DNA from: a virus
Lineage: Duplodnaviria > Caudoviricetes
Virus record (IMG/VR): IMGVR_UViG_3300020450_001133
Strand: one strand, 5' to 3'
Length of the DNA stretch: 64,000 bases
This document shows, one piece after another, positions 17,928 to 27,150 of this stretch. Each line of letters opens with the position of its first letter. Position 1 is the first letter of the stretch. A program made the translations under genes and the position numbers. Below the pieces are notes generated by a model. The model ran no database searches and was not told where the DNA came from. It saw nothing but the letters and a program-made list of their open reading frames with translations.

Positions 17928-18719
17928 CTATTTATCGTCTTTAGCAATGATGCCTGCACGTTCTACATACAAAGGCATAGCATGATCCGATACAAAATCA
18001 AAGAATTTGAATTGTTTTATTGCCGCCCAAATACCTCTCCATTGGTCTTTTACTCTTTGCCAATAAGTCATAGTTCTAATTTTTCCATGATGATTAATAT
18101 ACATTAATTTACCACCATGTACAAATAATAACCACGTAGGTGGTACACTAGGAACAATATCGTTGTTATTAACATAACGAATGTATGCACCAATATCGCA
18201 ACCCTCTAGGTGCTGACGGAACAATCTATTTCCTACTCTCGGTTGCCCATAAGTTCTAAGTTCCTTCACTGGAATACCTTCGTGTGTTAATGCTTCTGCA
18301 ACTAATACTGCCATTGCTCCACCTAAACTGTGACCAATAACATATACGTTTTCCTGTTTCTTTCTGTTTGCTTTTACAATTTCTAATACTTCATCAAATA
18401 TTAAATTAGTGTATTCATAAAAGCCTGCATGTACTCTACCGTTACGTGGATGTCTTACTGGATATGTTTTTAAATCTGCTAGTATGTCACTGAACTTAGT
18501 TGGTTCTGTGCCTCTACATGAAACAATAATACCATCGTCTCTTGTAAAAAACACCCATGCTTCTGCATCGCCATCTTTTACAAGAACTGCTTTCTTGCGT
18601 TTCATTTTAATTTGATTTTGAGCATCTTTTAACTCTTGCTCACTGAGATATGCCCTACCAGCCAACTTGGCTAAAACAGCCGCACGTTCGCCTTCGGAAC
18701 AGTCTGCTAACCATCCCAT
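17928..18719 (-). CDS. Class 3 lipase (start moved to ATG 18719)
   Basis: RGTE, RVHAGF, GHSLGGA nucleophile elbow, TYGQPRVG, DIVPSVPP, C-terminal DH; SD AGGAG; late promoter 18761-18766 lies inside the track's longer start. Confidence 0.92.
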   Translation of the reverse strand: MGWLADCSEGERAAVLAKLAGRAYLSEQELKDAQNQIKMKRKKAVLVKDGDAEAWVFFTRDDGIIVSCRGTEPTKFSDILADLKTYPVRHPRNGRVHAGFYEYTNLIFDEVLEIVKANRKKQENVYVIGHSLGGAMAVLVAEALTHEGIPVKELRTYGQPRVGNRLFRQHLEGCDIGAYIRYVNNNDIVPSVPPTWLLFVHGGKLMYINHHGKIRTMTYWQRVKDQWRGIWAAIKQFKFFDFVSDHAMPLYVERAGIIAKDDK

Positions 18720-18778
18720 AATTACTCCTACATAATCATAATAGATTTCTATTATAGCAGTATTTATCTTTAAGTCCA

Positions 18779-18810
18779 TAAAAAAAGGGGCCTTATTAGA
18801 CCCCCTTTCT
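18779..18810 (-). terminator. Probable Rho-independent terminator
   Basis: AAAGGGG...CCCCTTTTTTT on the minus strand. Confidence 0.7.
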
Positions 18811-18836
18811 TTGTAGTTATGTAATTATGTTTATAA

Positions 18837-18941
18837 TTAGCACTCCTTAGGATTGGCTTTACAATACCTTTTTAATTCTTTTATTAAAAGTTTTATATCA
18901 CCATCTATGCCATTCTTGTCTGAATGGCTTAGTCCTTTTTT
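18837..18941 (-). other. -1 ribosomal frameshift signal and trans-frame extension
   Basis: A_AAA_AAG (18941-18935), 6-nt spacer, GCCATTC-AGACAA-GAATGGC hairpin (18928-18909); -1 frame open for 32 codons with no start codon of its own. Confidence 0.7.
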
Positions 18942-19213
18942 TCCGGAGTTTCTTTATCTTGTAATTCGTCGGTTTGATTATCAATTTCGTCACTGACAGT
19001 TTCTATTACACCACTAGAGACTTTCGCCGCTGTTGCTGTAATGTCTGATACATCTTCTAAAACTGCTGTACTTACAGTAGCAACACCTTTAACAGAACTA
19101 TCTATTACGCCTGTTGTGAAATCTTTTCCACCTTCAATGACTGCTCCAACTGAGGCACATGATGGTAGTAATACTAAACCAAGGATTGCAAGAAGTGAAT
19201 AAAGTTTATCCAT
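18929..19213 (-). CDS. Lipoprotein with probable programmed -1 frameshift extension to 18837
   Basis: Signal peptide ending LVLLPSC; ends ...GAA AAA AAG GAC TAA followed by a hairpin. Confidence 0.8.
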   Translation of the reverse strand: MDKLYSLLAILGLVLLPSCASVGAVIEGGKDFTTGVIDSSVKGVATVSTAVLEDVSDITATAAKVSSGVIETVSDEIDNQTDELQDKETPEKKD

Positions 19214-19283
19214 ATCTTCTCCTGATTTATGTTATAAGCCAACTGCTATATAACAGTAATATTTATCATTATAACTGTATATT

Positions 19284-19619
19284 TCAATAGGTTAAAGAGT
19301 CTTTATATACAGGTTCGCCACCTAAACTATGTAGGTCTGCATACCATAATTCTTCTAATAGGATTTTTCGTGTGCTTTCATTTTCTGTAGCATTTATTAA
19401 TGTAATTAAATTTTCTCTATTGGATTGCTCTATCTGATAACATAACTCAACCCATTTGTACATAATAAAAAATGTTCCTGGAACAAAAATTATATAAAGC
19501 AGTTGTATTGGATAATAATATGCAACAAGTAATATGTGTAAACCAATTACAGTTGCTAATTGGATATGTACAGAACGTACATATTTCTTTATTGCTTTAT
19601 TGACTTGGATCTGACTCAT
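19284..19619 (-). CDS. Membrane protein, hypothetical
   Basis: 111 aa with two hydrophobic segments. Confidence 0.65.
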   Translation of the reverse strand: MSQIQVNKAIKKYVRSVHIQLATVIGLHILLVAYYYPIQLLYIIFVPGTFFIMYKWVELCYQIEQSNRENLITLINATENESTRKILLEELWYADLHSLGGEPVYKDSLTY

Positions 19620-19758
19620 ACATCACAGTTGTTGTACCACGCCAATAACCATCTAATCCTATGTCAACCATAAGTGCAATTAATAGTAGTGTCGCAATAA
19701 TGGAAAGGTATAGATTAATACCTGCGGATATTTTCATCCATTTGATTAGATGTTTCAT
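19597..19758 (-). CDS. Small membrane protein, 53 aa (not in ORF track), leaderless
   Basis: MKHLIKWMKISAGINLYLSIIATLLLIALMVDIGLDGYWRGTTTVMYESDPSQ; 6 nt from a -10 box. Confidence 0.75.
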   Translation of the reverse strand: MKHLIKWMKISAGINLYLSIIATLLLIALMVDIGLDGYWRGTTTVMYESDPSQ

Positions 19759-19764
19759 AGGTAT

Positions 19765-19792
19765 ATTATAACAAATTTAAATCATTTGTCAA
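19765..19792 (-). promoter_or_regulatory. sigma70 promoter, leaderless
   Basis: TTGACA-16nt-TATAAT, 6 nt from ATG 19758. Confidence 0.85.
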
Positions 19793-19796
19793 CCAT

Positions 19797-19825
19797 AAAA
19801 AAAGACGCACTCCGAAGAGTGCGTC
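19797..19825 (-). terminator. Rho-independent terminator with cUUCGg loop
   Basis: GACGCACTC-TTCG-GAGTGCGTC-TTTTTTT. Confidence 0.92.
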
Positions 19826-19869
19826 ATAAAATTGTTTGGGAGAATATAAAATTCTTAAATTTTTAAATT

Positions 19870-20049
19870 TTAAAAGCGAAGTATCGGTTCCATAGCAACG
19901 TACATGAACCAAACCATAAATGCCAAACTGCCTAAAGTGGCTATGTCATTACATAGTTGTCCACTAGGGCAATACTTCTCTTTAAAGGTTGTCCAGTTAT
20001 CTTTTGCAATATGAATTATCGATTTCGCATTACTCGTTGTACTGCTCAT
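19870..20049 (-). CDS. Small membrane peptide, 59 aa (start moved to ATG 20049)
   Basis: SD CAGGAG; C-terminal TM; terminator follows. Confidence 0.65.
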   Translation of the reverse strand: MSSTTSNAKSIIHIAKDNWTTFKEKYCPSGQLCNDIATLGSLAFMVWFMYVAMEPILRF

Positions 20050-20230
20050 CTTAGAACTCCTGTAGTCTATATTAAATAGCACTCCAGTTCACATTTCCTT
20101 ACGGACAATGCTCAGGGGTTAAAAGTTCCTAAACTTTTTTCAACTTCGTAATGTGAAAATAGTAACCACAATCTTCACCGACAGTTGCCAACACCTCTGT
20201 TGTGGAAGTCGGATTGCTTTAACTTCCAAC
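20040..20230 (-). ncRNA. Candidate structured leader / ncRNA, family unassigned
   Basis: Several helices including UCC-GUAA-GGA GNRA hairpin, AAAAGUU/AACUUUU, GGAAGU/ACUUCC, UUCACAUU/AAUGUGAA. Confidence 0.45.
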
Positions 20231-20289
20231 CTTATTTATCAGAAGTTAAAGCATGTGTTTAGTTTTGTGGTACTTTTGAATCGAAATGA

Positions 20290-20538
20290 TTATTTCTTTG
20301 ATGCTTTGAGTACTTCAGCGACTAAATCGTCTTTCTTTTTGCGTCTGTCTACTTCAACTCCAAACTCTCTACCTTTCTCTTCGATTTGTGCTTTAGTAAG
20401 TTTTGACAAACTTGCCTTAGTCACTTTCTCTGCAGGTGCAGGTTGAGCCGCTGGTGCTTTCGCTTTTGCCTTAACAGGTTCAACTGCTTTAGGCTCTTCA
20501 GACTTAAAAAAACTGATTATCCATTCGAAAAATCCCAT
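20290..20538 (-). CDS. Small protein with C-terminal Rho_N/HeH-like nucleic-acid-binding helix pair
   Basis: LSKLTKAQIEEKGREFGVEVDRRKKKDDLVAEV. Confidence 0.65.
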   Translation of the reverse strand: MGFFEWIISFFKSEEPKAVEPVKAKAKAPAAQPAPAEKVTKASLSKLTKAQIEEKGREFGVEVDRRKKKDDLVAEVLKASKK

Positions 20539-20539
20539 T

Positions 20540-21499
20540 TTATAAACTCCTGTCTAATGTCTCTAACAAATTAAACCTATCATTAAAAATTGGATGATTT
20601 AAGTTGTAAGGGTTAAATCTTTTAAAAGTTGTACTTGCTATTCTATTTGCAACAAGTGTAATTTTTTTATTAACTTTTAAATCCGTAATACTATTTATAT
20701 ATAATTCAACAGTATTTTTATCTAATCTTGGTAAAGATAGCAGTTCAAAAAGGGCAATATCGAACTCTAAGTAACTCATTCCTAGTTGGTCTGCATCACT
20801 ATTTGATATGCCTAAACCGTCAGTTGGAACTGCTTCTACCGTTGCTTGTGGTACATCTAACATCTTTGCTAACATAGGAACTTCCCAACTTTTGTTTAAA
20901 GATTGGATAGGTGCAATATCACCTACGTCACCATGTAGTGTCCAAAACCCTGCGGCTAGTTCACTAAAGTTATCAGTACTACCAACACACCCTGCAACTT
21001 TATGTGCAAGGTTATACAAAGTAATCATTCTAAGTCTTGCTCTGATGTTACCTTGTCTTTGTTGTACACGATATGTACCTGCTTCTAATTCATCTTTATC
21101 TATAATAAACTGTTGCATACTGTCAAACTGTTCACTTAAATCGTAACTATGTGATTCTAATCCAAGTGCTTCTATGTTTTCCAGTCCTCTGTCAGTTTCT
21201 TCTTGATTTTGATGTATAGGCATTGTTACACCATGTACTGTCCAGCCTGCTTCTTTAAACAAAGCGGCAGTTAAGGCACTATCAACGCCTCCACTCATTC
21301 CAACAACAACATCTTCAATTTGATGTTTGTCAGAGTATGCAGATAAATCATCTACTATGCTTTGCTTGATTGCGGCTAGTTCGCCTTCATTTGGATAAAG
21401 ACCATTGTTAATATGTGTTTCCAGTTTGTCTAAAAACCAACTATCAACATCTTCTTCCATCCCTGGAGTAATGTCTAATATTTTATCCTTCATGTTCAC
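20540..21499 (-). CDS. nadE: NH3-dependent NAD+ synthetase
   Basis: VVGMSGGVDSAL, NIRARLRMITLY, STDNFSE, GDIAPIQSL motifs. Confidence 0.9.
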   Translation of the reverse strand: MNMKDKILDITPGMEEDVDSWFLDKLETHINNGLYPNEGELAAIKQSIVDDLSAYSDKHQIEDVVVGMSGGVDSALTAALFKEAGWTVHGVTMPIHQNQEETDRGLENIEALGLESHSYDLSEQFDSMQQFIIDKDELEAGTYRVQQRQGNIRARLRMITLYNLAHKVAGCVGSTDNFSELAAGFWTLHGDVGDIAPIQSLNKSWEVPMLAKMLDVPQATVEAVPTDGLGISNSDADQLGMSYLEFDIALFELLSLPRLDKNTVELYINSITDLKVNKKITLVANRIASTTFKRFNPYNLNHPIFNDRFNLLETLDRSL

Positions 21500-22022
21500 G
21501 TTGTATCTCCTCGGGCGACTTTATTTTAATCATCGCTCCAATTTTATCTCGACTAACTTTTCTTCTTAGCCAAAATTTCAAATCCTTTACAGGCTTTCCT
21601 TCATCTAAAAAGAAAGACCCCATTTTGCCATGTTTGCCTTTTATAAAAAGTGTCATAGCATATCCACCTTCTGGTATTTCAACTCTATGGAAGTCATTGT
21701 GTGAACGCCAAGCAAACCAGCCTGGTCCTCTCCACTTTCTCTCCTCTCCTCTTACCTCATAGTATCCTCCCGACAGTATGAGTGTAAAATATCCCCAGGG
21801 GTGATTGTGTTCGACAGGTAAATCACTGCCTAATATTAGATTGAAACAAACTCTTCCTGCACCATACTTACCAGCAATTCCATCTTGAAATATTTGTCTG
21901 CCTAAAAATACCCTGTGCATATATTCTTGCCCAGTGTATATATTAGTTAATGTTTCAGTGCCTCGTTTCTTTGCTAGGTACCAAAATAGTTTCTTCCACA
22001 TGTTACTATTTACTTCATTCAC
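21483..22022 (-). CDS. Cupin-like phage protein
   Basis: HNHPWGYFTLILSGGYYE...FHRVE; paralogous to 46835-47258. Confidence 0.7.
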   Translation of the reverse strand: MNEVNSNMWKKLFWYLAKKRGTETLTNIYTGQEYMHRVFLGRQIFQDGIAGKYGAGRVCFNLILGSDLPVEHNHPWGYFTLILSGGYYEVRGEERKWRGPGWFAWRSHNDFHRVEIPEGGYAMTLFIKGKHGKMGSFFLDEGKPVKDLKFWLRRKVSRDKIGAMIKIKSPEEIQREHEG

Positions 22023-22024
22023 TC

Positions 22025-22055
22025 AAAAAGAAAGGCACCATTTGGTACCTTTCTT
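22025..22055 (-). terminator. Rho-independent terminator
   Basis: AAGAAAGGTACC-AAAT-GGTGCCTTTCTT-TTT. Confidence 0.8.
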
Positions 22056-22076
22056 CTGTTTAATAAGTTTTAAGAC

Positions 22077-22445
22077 TTATAGGTCAAATGCTGTAATTGC
22101 CGCACCTGCTAGGTTGACTCCGTCAACTGTGCCTAATGCTTGTACAACGTCTTCCAAGTGAGCCGCTAGTGATTCACTGTTAGATCCATCATATGTATCT
22201 GTTCCGTGTTCACCTTCGAAAAGAACTTTAAGTCCTTGTCCAGTTCCACCTGTGTTGTCAACTGCACCAATGGCGAATGCTGTTAAGCCTTCGTTCATGA
22301 TTGCTTTCATTGTTGCGTCTACGGCTGATCCAACTGCCAATTTTGCTGAACAGTCAGCACCGAAATCAATTTGGATTCCAGCGATTACTTTACCGCCTAC
22401 GTGACCTGCGGCTACTGCCGCTCCTGCGTTTTGAGTTTGTGCCAT
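22077..22445 (-). CDS. Probable abundant virion (head decoration-like) protein
   Basis: A/G-rich 122 aa; own late promoter (22523-22528), SD AAGGAG and terminator. Confidence 0.6.
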   Translation of the reverse strand: MAQTQNAGAAVAAGHVGGKVIAGIQIDFGADCSAKLAVGSAVDATMKAIMNEGLTAFAIGAVDNTGGTGQGLKVLFEGEHGTDTYDGSNSESLAAHLEDVVQALGTVDGVNLAGAAITAFDL

Positions 22446-22604
22446 TTTATGACTCCTTAATTTCTAGTGTAATACGGTTAATCCTACGTTTTTTTATTAA
22501 CTCTATATTACTTTGTTACTAGTATTTAGTAAAAATTAAGGAAAATTTAAAGTTATAGATTAAATAATTTCTCCGAAATTACTTAATTATTGTGAAATTA
22601 TTTG

Positions 22605-23399
22605 TTAATTATCTCTAATTTTTTTATTAGAACTTACTGCTTTACGCAATACACTCATTTTGATGTTCTTTTTGTCAGCATAATTTAATAATGCTTCTGT
22701 GTCTTTTGGGAAACAATGCCCACCAAAACCTTGTTTACCATCTGGTCCTGGTACTTGCATGTGTGATTTACCCACACGTTCATCTCTGCTTAACATATCT
22801 GTGAATTGTTCCCAACTTACCATACTAGTACCTAACTCATGTAATGTCTTTAATTCGTTAAAAAACATTACTTTGGTTGCTAACCAACTGTTAATACTGT
22901 ATTTTAATAAACTTGCAGTGGTTAAATCTACTTTGAATGTAGGCACTATCTTAACAGAACTATGTCTTAGATATGCTTTTTCAACTACTTCACAGTCTTT
23001 CCATTTGCCTCCAAACACTTGAAATGGAGGGTTTTTAAAGTCTTCATCTGCATTTGATTCTGTTAGAAACTCTGGATTATACACTATTTTAAGGTCAAAA
23101 CACTTCTTAAATTCATGTAAATAATCTGGTATAATTGTACTCTTAATAACACAAACTCCCTTGTAATGAAGCATATCTAACTCTGTGAGTACTTCTTTTG
23201 CTATTGTAGTATCGCAACCACCATCTTCTGCTATGGGTGTTGGTACACATATAAAAAGAAGTGGTGGCCCAAACTCGACAAGTTGTTCAAGTGTGTTGTC
23301 TGAAAATTGTGGGTCCACCACAAACTGTTCGACATCACGGTCAAAGCCGTTTGCTACTGCTGAGCCTACAAAGCCTTTACCAATGATGCCTAATTTCAT
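22605..23399 (-). CDS. UDP-glucose/GDP-mannose dehydrogenase family (short form)
   Basis: GIIGKGFVG Rossmann motif, KSTI, YNPEFL, GFGGHCFPKD. Confidence 0.92.
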   Translation of the reverse strand: MKLGIIGKGFVGSAVANGFDRDVEQFVVDPQFSDNTLEQLVEFGPPLLFICVPTPIAEDGGCDTTIAKEVLTELDMLHYKGVCVIKSTIIPDYLHEFKKCFDLKIVYNPEFLTESNADEDFKNPPFQVFGGKWKDCEVVEKAYLRHSSVKIVPTFKVDLTTASLLKYSINSWLATKVMFFNELKTLHELGTSMVSWEQFTDMLSRDERVGKSHMQVPGPDGKQGFGGHCFPKDTEALLNYADKKNIKMSVLRKAVSSNKKIRDN

Positions 23400-23665
23400 A
23401 CTTTACCTTTTAATCTGTTCATTAAGTATATATCTTCATATGGTTCTTCTCCTGAATAAGTTGGCGCATCTACTAATGCTTCATCAACTGCATTTTTGAT
23501 ATCCCATAACCTTTTCTTCATATCCGAACCTGTCCAACCATCATTACGAGGGTTATTCATTTCAAACTTTAGTTCCCATATAATGTGTTCTGCTTTTTTA
23601 CTATCTGGTATAATCATTCCTTCTCTGTTATAATATATTCTTTCATTATGTGCATTGTCGCTCAT
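23396..23665 (-). CDS. Hypothetical protein
   Basis: 89 aa ORF, coupled. Confidence 0.65.
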   Translation of the reverse strand: MSDNAHNERIYYNREGMIIPDSKKAEHIIWELKFEMNNPRNDGWTGSDMKKRLWDIKNAVDEALVDAPTYSGEEPYEDIYLMNRLKGKV

Positions 23666-23670
23666 AACAC

Positions 23671-24729
23671 CTATTCGGAAACTTGATAACCTTCATATAC
23701 AGGGTTATAAGTTTTTCCACCATTAACTTGTACAAAGGTTGTGCATTTAGACAAGTTTTTCAACTTATCAGCACCAACATAAGTACAAGCAGAACGCAAC
23801 CCTCCCAAAATATCGGTGACCACATCATTAACGGTCCCTTTGTAAGGAATGCGTACAACTCTTCCTTCGCTCGTTCTATGTTCTTGAACTCCACCTGATT
23901 CCTCCTGTGCTACTGTGGTACTGCTACCAAAAAATTCAACTGTACCACCATCACGGACTTCATGTCCGATTCCTTCTTTTGTTCCTGCCATCATGCCACC
24001 TAGCATTACGAAGTCAGCACCGGCACCAAATGCCTTTGCTACATCACCAGGGCTAGTACAACCACCGTCAGCAATGATATGACCGCCAAGTCCATGAGCC
24101 GCGTCAGCACACTCCATGACAGCGGAGAGTTGAGGATATCCGACTCCAGTTTTAATACGAGTAGTACAAACACTACCAGGCCCAATACCAACTTTAACAA
24201 TGTCTGCTCCTTTTAGTAATAGTTCTTCTGTTATATCAGCAGTTACAACATTACCTGCAATAATAACTATGTTAGGATACTTCTCTCTAAAACGTGCTAC
24301 ATAGTCTAAAAAACGTTCACTATAACCATTAGCAACATCTAAACAAACATAGTCTATACTTCTTGACAGTTTAAGTGTAGCATCAATTCTTTCAATGTCT
24401 ACATCTGTTATACCTGTTGTTACTGCTATGTTTCTACATAAGTCAGGCTTATGTACATGATTGTTAATCCAATCCCAAATGTCTGCAGGTTGATAGTTTT
24501 TATCTAAACATGTAAACATTGGTACTTTAATAAGTTCTTCTGCCATTCTAAATGTGCCAACACCTTGCATGTTAGCCGCCATAATAGGAATGCCATCATA
24601 TGTTCTGCCACTGTTTAAGAACTTATATTGTCTTTTAAGTTCGACATTCTTTCTACTTCCTAATCTACTTCTCTTAGGACGTAATAGTACATCTGAATAA
24701 TCTAATTTAATATCTCTTTCTATCTGCAT
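23671..24729 (-). CDS. guaC: GMP reductase
   Basis: [56 protein letters not shown]. Confidence 0.95.
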   Translation of the reverse strand: MQIERDIKLDYSDVLLRPKRSRLGSRKNVELKRQYKFLNSGRTYDGIPIMAANMQGVGTFRMAEELIKVPMFTCLDKNYQPADIWDWINNHVHKPDLCRNIAVTTGITDVDIERIDATLKLSRSIDYVCLDVANGYSERFLDYVARFREKYPNIVIIAGNVVTADITEELLLKGADIVKVGIGPGSVCTTRIKTGVGYPQLSAVMECADAAHGLGGHIIADGGCTSPGDVAKAFGAGADFVMLGGMMAGTKEGIGHEVRDGGTVEFFGSSTTVAQEESGGVQEHRTSEGRVVRIPYKGTVNDVVTDILGGLRSACTYVGADKLKNLSKCTTFVQVNGGKTYNPVYEGYQVSE

Positions 24730-25079
24730 AAAATCACCAATAAAACGTATGTCATAAAATGTAGGAATTGGTCAACACCATGTGCTACCCAATACATTTG
24801 GTCACTAGGACCTAACTTCCTTGTCTTCCAGAAGTTACTTTTTACATAGTCTACGTGATAATGTATTACACTATCCAATAGACCTAGTAATATAGAAAAG
24901 AATATAGGAAATCCAAACCAGGTAATTACGGCAGTAGTTAAAATACCATGCCACCCACTATGTGCTAATCCTCCCCAAGCACCATAGTTGCCTTTATCCT
25001 TTATCATCCAACTGTATTGCATGAAGTAATCTGCAATAACATGTTTTATCATTAGATATGTAATCAATTTTAATTCCAT
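24720..25079 (-). CDS. DUF3307-like membrane protein
   Basis: KHVIADYFMQ...K...H...HYHVD...DQFLH pattern. Confidence 0.75.
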   Translation of the reverse strand: MELKLITYLMIKHVIADYFMQYSWMIKDKGNYGAWGGLAHSGWHGILTTAVITWFGFPIFFSILLGLLDSVIHYHVDYVKSNFWKTRKLGPSDQMYWVAHGVDQFLHFMTYVLLVILCR

Positions 25080-26338
25080 ATTTGTGCCTCAACACTATTT
25101 AATCTTTGGTCTATACTCATTTGTAATAATCTTCGCCAATTATGTAATGCACATGCTCTTAAGTATTTTTCATTTTTATCTACAATATTATTCATGTCTT
25201 TAATAATGTCTATGATGTTCTCATTTGTTTTTATAAAGTCATCTTCTACTATATAATCACCAAAGATATCTCTATAACTTTTAAATCCTAATTCTTCTAA
25301 AAACTCTAAAGAACCATAACTGCCATTTACAATAAAGGGCAACCCATACTGTATTGCTTTATATGTTTTTTCAGTAATATGCTTCATGCCAGAATTACAG
25401 CCTTCCCACCATGTTTCATTTGATATCCAAACTTTTGCATCTGTAATCCATTCATATGCTACACTTCTATCATTTAAAATTTCTTTATTGTCTCTTACAA
25501 ACTTGTTTGTTTCTGTAGGTTCATACAAAGTATCTTGAAATCGTTTATCATAGGATCCTACTATATTAAATTCTTGCATGTTTTCAACTTGCATTTTGTT
25601 CCACAAGTCTTCTCTATGTGGTTTTAGAAAACCAAACAAGCACACAAAGTCATGCTTTTTATCATTGATGTTAGATAAATTTTTTTCTATAAACTGCTCA
25701 TATCCTACTCTAAAATTATAAATCTTTTCAATCCAAGGAGCATGGTCTCTAAATGATCCGCCTTTTGTTTTACTTGTATTTGTTATAGTGCCATTAACAT
25801 CTTTAATCCATCTATCTGTAACATTATCCACATGAGCAATGGCTTCTAATAAAAATACGTCTGTTCTTACAAAATTAATGTGTGGGTATTTTTCATTCCA
25901 TGTTGTATCAAAATTATCCCATACAACAACAAACTTACTAGCAAGTTCTGACATATTAAAAAAGTCATCATTAACATCTATAGTTGTATTTTCTTGTAAA
26001 TGATATTTGTGGGAATTTTGAAATCCATATAAAAATGCTTCGTTTGGATTTGAAATTAAAATATTTCTATCTTTAACTAACTTTACTTTATGCTCGTCTT
26101 TTAATAGATGCCAATCTAAATCGCTTAGTTCGTATATTGCACTAGTGTCGTTATGGTCAATATTTCCCAGCAATTCTGTAAGCAATATTGTAGTATATTT
26201 TCTTGGTTCTTTATACCAAAAATTAAAGAGTCTTTCTGTAACAGTACCAGTAGCATGACTAAAGTCTATATCATTAACCCAAGGTGTTTCTGAAACTCCT
26301 ATTTGTAAGGATTTGTCTACTATTACTTGTACAATCAC
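25070..26338 (-). CDS. Hypothetical protein, possibly glycosyltransferase-related
   Basis: 422 aa, GTG start; C-terminal ITEKTYKAI..GLPFIVNG...LEELGF pattern. Confidence 0.55.
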   Translation of the reverse strand: MIVQVIVDKSLQIGVSETPWVNDIDFSHATGTVTERLFNFWYKEPRKYTTILLTELLGNIDHNDTSAIYELSDLDWHLLKDEHKVKLVKDRNILISNPNEAFLYGFQNSHKYHLQENTTIDVNDDFFNMSELASKFVVVWDNFDTTWNEKYPHINFVRTDVFLLEAIAHVDNVTDRWIKDVNGTITNTSKTKGGSFRDHAPWIEKIYNFRVGYEQFIEKNLSNINDKKHDFVCLFGFLKPHREDLWNKMQVENMQEFNIVGSYDKRFQDTLYEPTETNKFVRDNKEILNDRSVAYEWITDAKVWISNETWWEGCNSGMKHITEKTYKAIQYGLPFIVNGSYGSLEFLEELGFKSYRDIFGDYIVEDDFIKTNENIIDIIKDMNNIVDKNEKYLRACALHNWRRLLQMSIDQRLNSVEAQIWN

Positions 26339-26339
26339 T

Positions 26340-26477
26340 CTACCACCACTTAAGATGTTGTGGTAGTCTGTTTTTAATAGGTCCTAATATCTTTTCTTCA
26401 ATTGGTCCTATAAAACGGGGTCTTGGAATGAACCACCCTAAAATAACTCCCAGGATGATTAATAACAAAGTATCCAT
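26340..26477 (-). CDS. Small membrane protein, 45 aa (not in ORF track)
   Basis: MDTLLLIILGVILGWFIPRPRFIGPIEEKILGPIKNRLPQHLKWW; coupled to both neighbours. Confidence 0.7.
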   Translation of the reverse strand: MDTLLLIILGVILGWFIPRPRFIGPIEEKILGPIKNRLPQHLKWW

Positions 26478-26779
26478 TAACTGTCTCCTTCTTTAACAAA
26501 CACACCATCAACCATTTTGCCTTTACGGTCTTTGATGTCGTCCCATGCTTTTGCTAAACATTCATCTATAGTAAGATTATTTCTTTCTGCTATATTAATC
26601 AATACTACAATCATATCACCAATGTCATCTGATATATCATTACCTTTACAGATATTATCAGATAATTCACCTGCTTCTTGAATAAGTTTAGCGAATTGTG
26701 ATTTATCATCTGATCCATCTATAAGATTTCTATCATGATGCCATTGTGCAATATTCTTCACGTGGTCATTTATCGCCAT
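26477..26779 (-). CDS. MazG-like nucleotide pyrophosphohydrolase
   Basis: KLIQEAGEL...DDIGDMIVVL...AWDDIKDRKG. Confidence 0.85.
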   Translation of the reverse strand: MAINDHVKNIAQWHHDRNLIDGSDDKSQFAKLIQEAGELSDNICKGNDISDDIGDMIVVLINIAERNNLTIDECLAKAWDDIKDRKGKMVDGVFVKEGDS

Positions 26780-27150
26780 ACCAGTGTGTCTCCATTTTCA
26801 GTTACGTCATTGCCTCTTACACCTTTGTATTGTTCATACCCTGTGTCTGGTAAAAAATACATCCATGCTTTTCCTTGTGTGGTGTGTACAATTTGTTTGT
26901 TATAAAATTCTGGATACCCTTCAATGGCGTCTAATTGTTCCATTACATCATCACTGACTTCCCATACTTCACCTTGTATGTGATATTTTCCATTTAGAAA
27001 TACTCCTGGAAATGCTCCTAGGTCAGACATCTCGTAATCTGGATATTGTGTTTTTGCTTTTCCTACAATACTAGCACCTTCACCAAATTGATTAAGTCCT
27101 CTAATTTCTCCGCCACTTTTTAGTGTTCCATATACAAATACTTTATTCAT
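26770..27150 (-). CDS. Gamma-glutamylcyclotransferase (GGACT/AIG2-like)
   Basis: VFVYGTLKSG, GEVWEV, LDAIEGYP. Confidence 0.88.
   Translation of the reverse strand: MNKVFVYGTLKSGGEIRGLNQFGEGASIVGKAKTQYPDYEMSDLGAFPGVFLNGKYHIQGEVWEVSDDVMEQLDAIEGYPEFYNKQIVHTTQGKAWMYFLPDTGYEQYKGVRGNDVTENGDTLVWR

Noticed and set aside
18720-18779. Track N-terminal extension of the lipase
   Set aside because: It contains the late promoter and the SD for ATG 18719.
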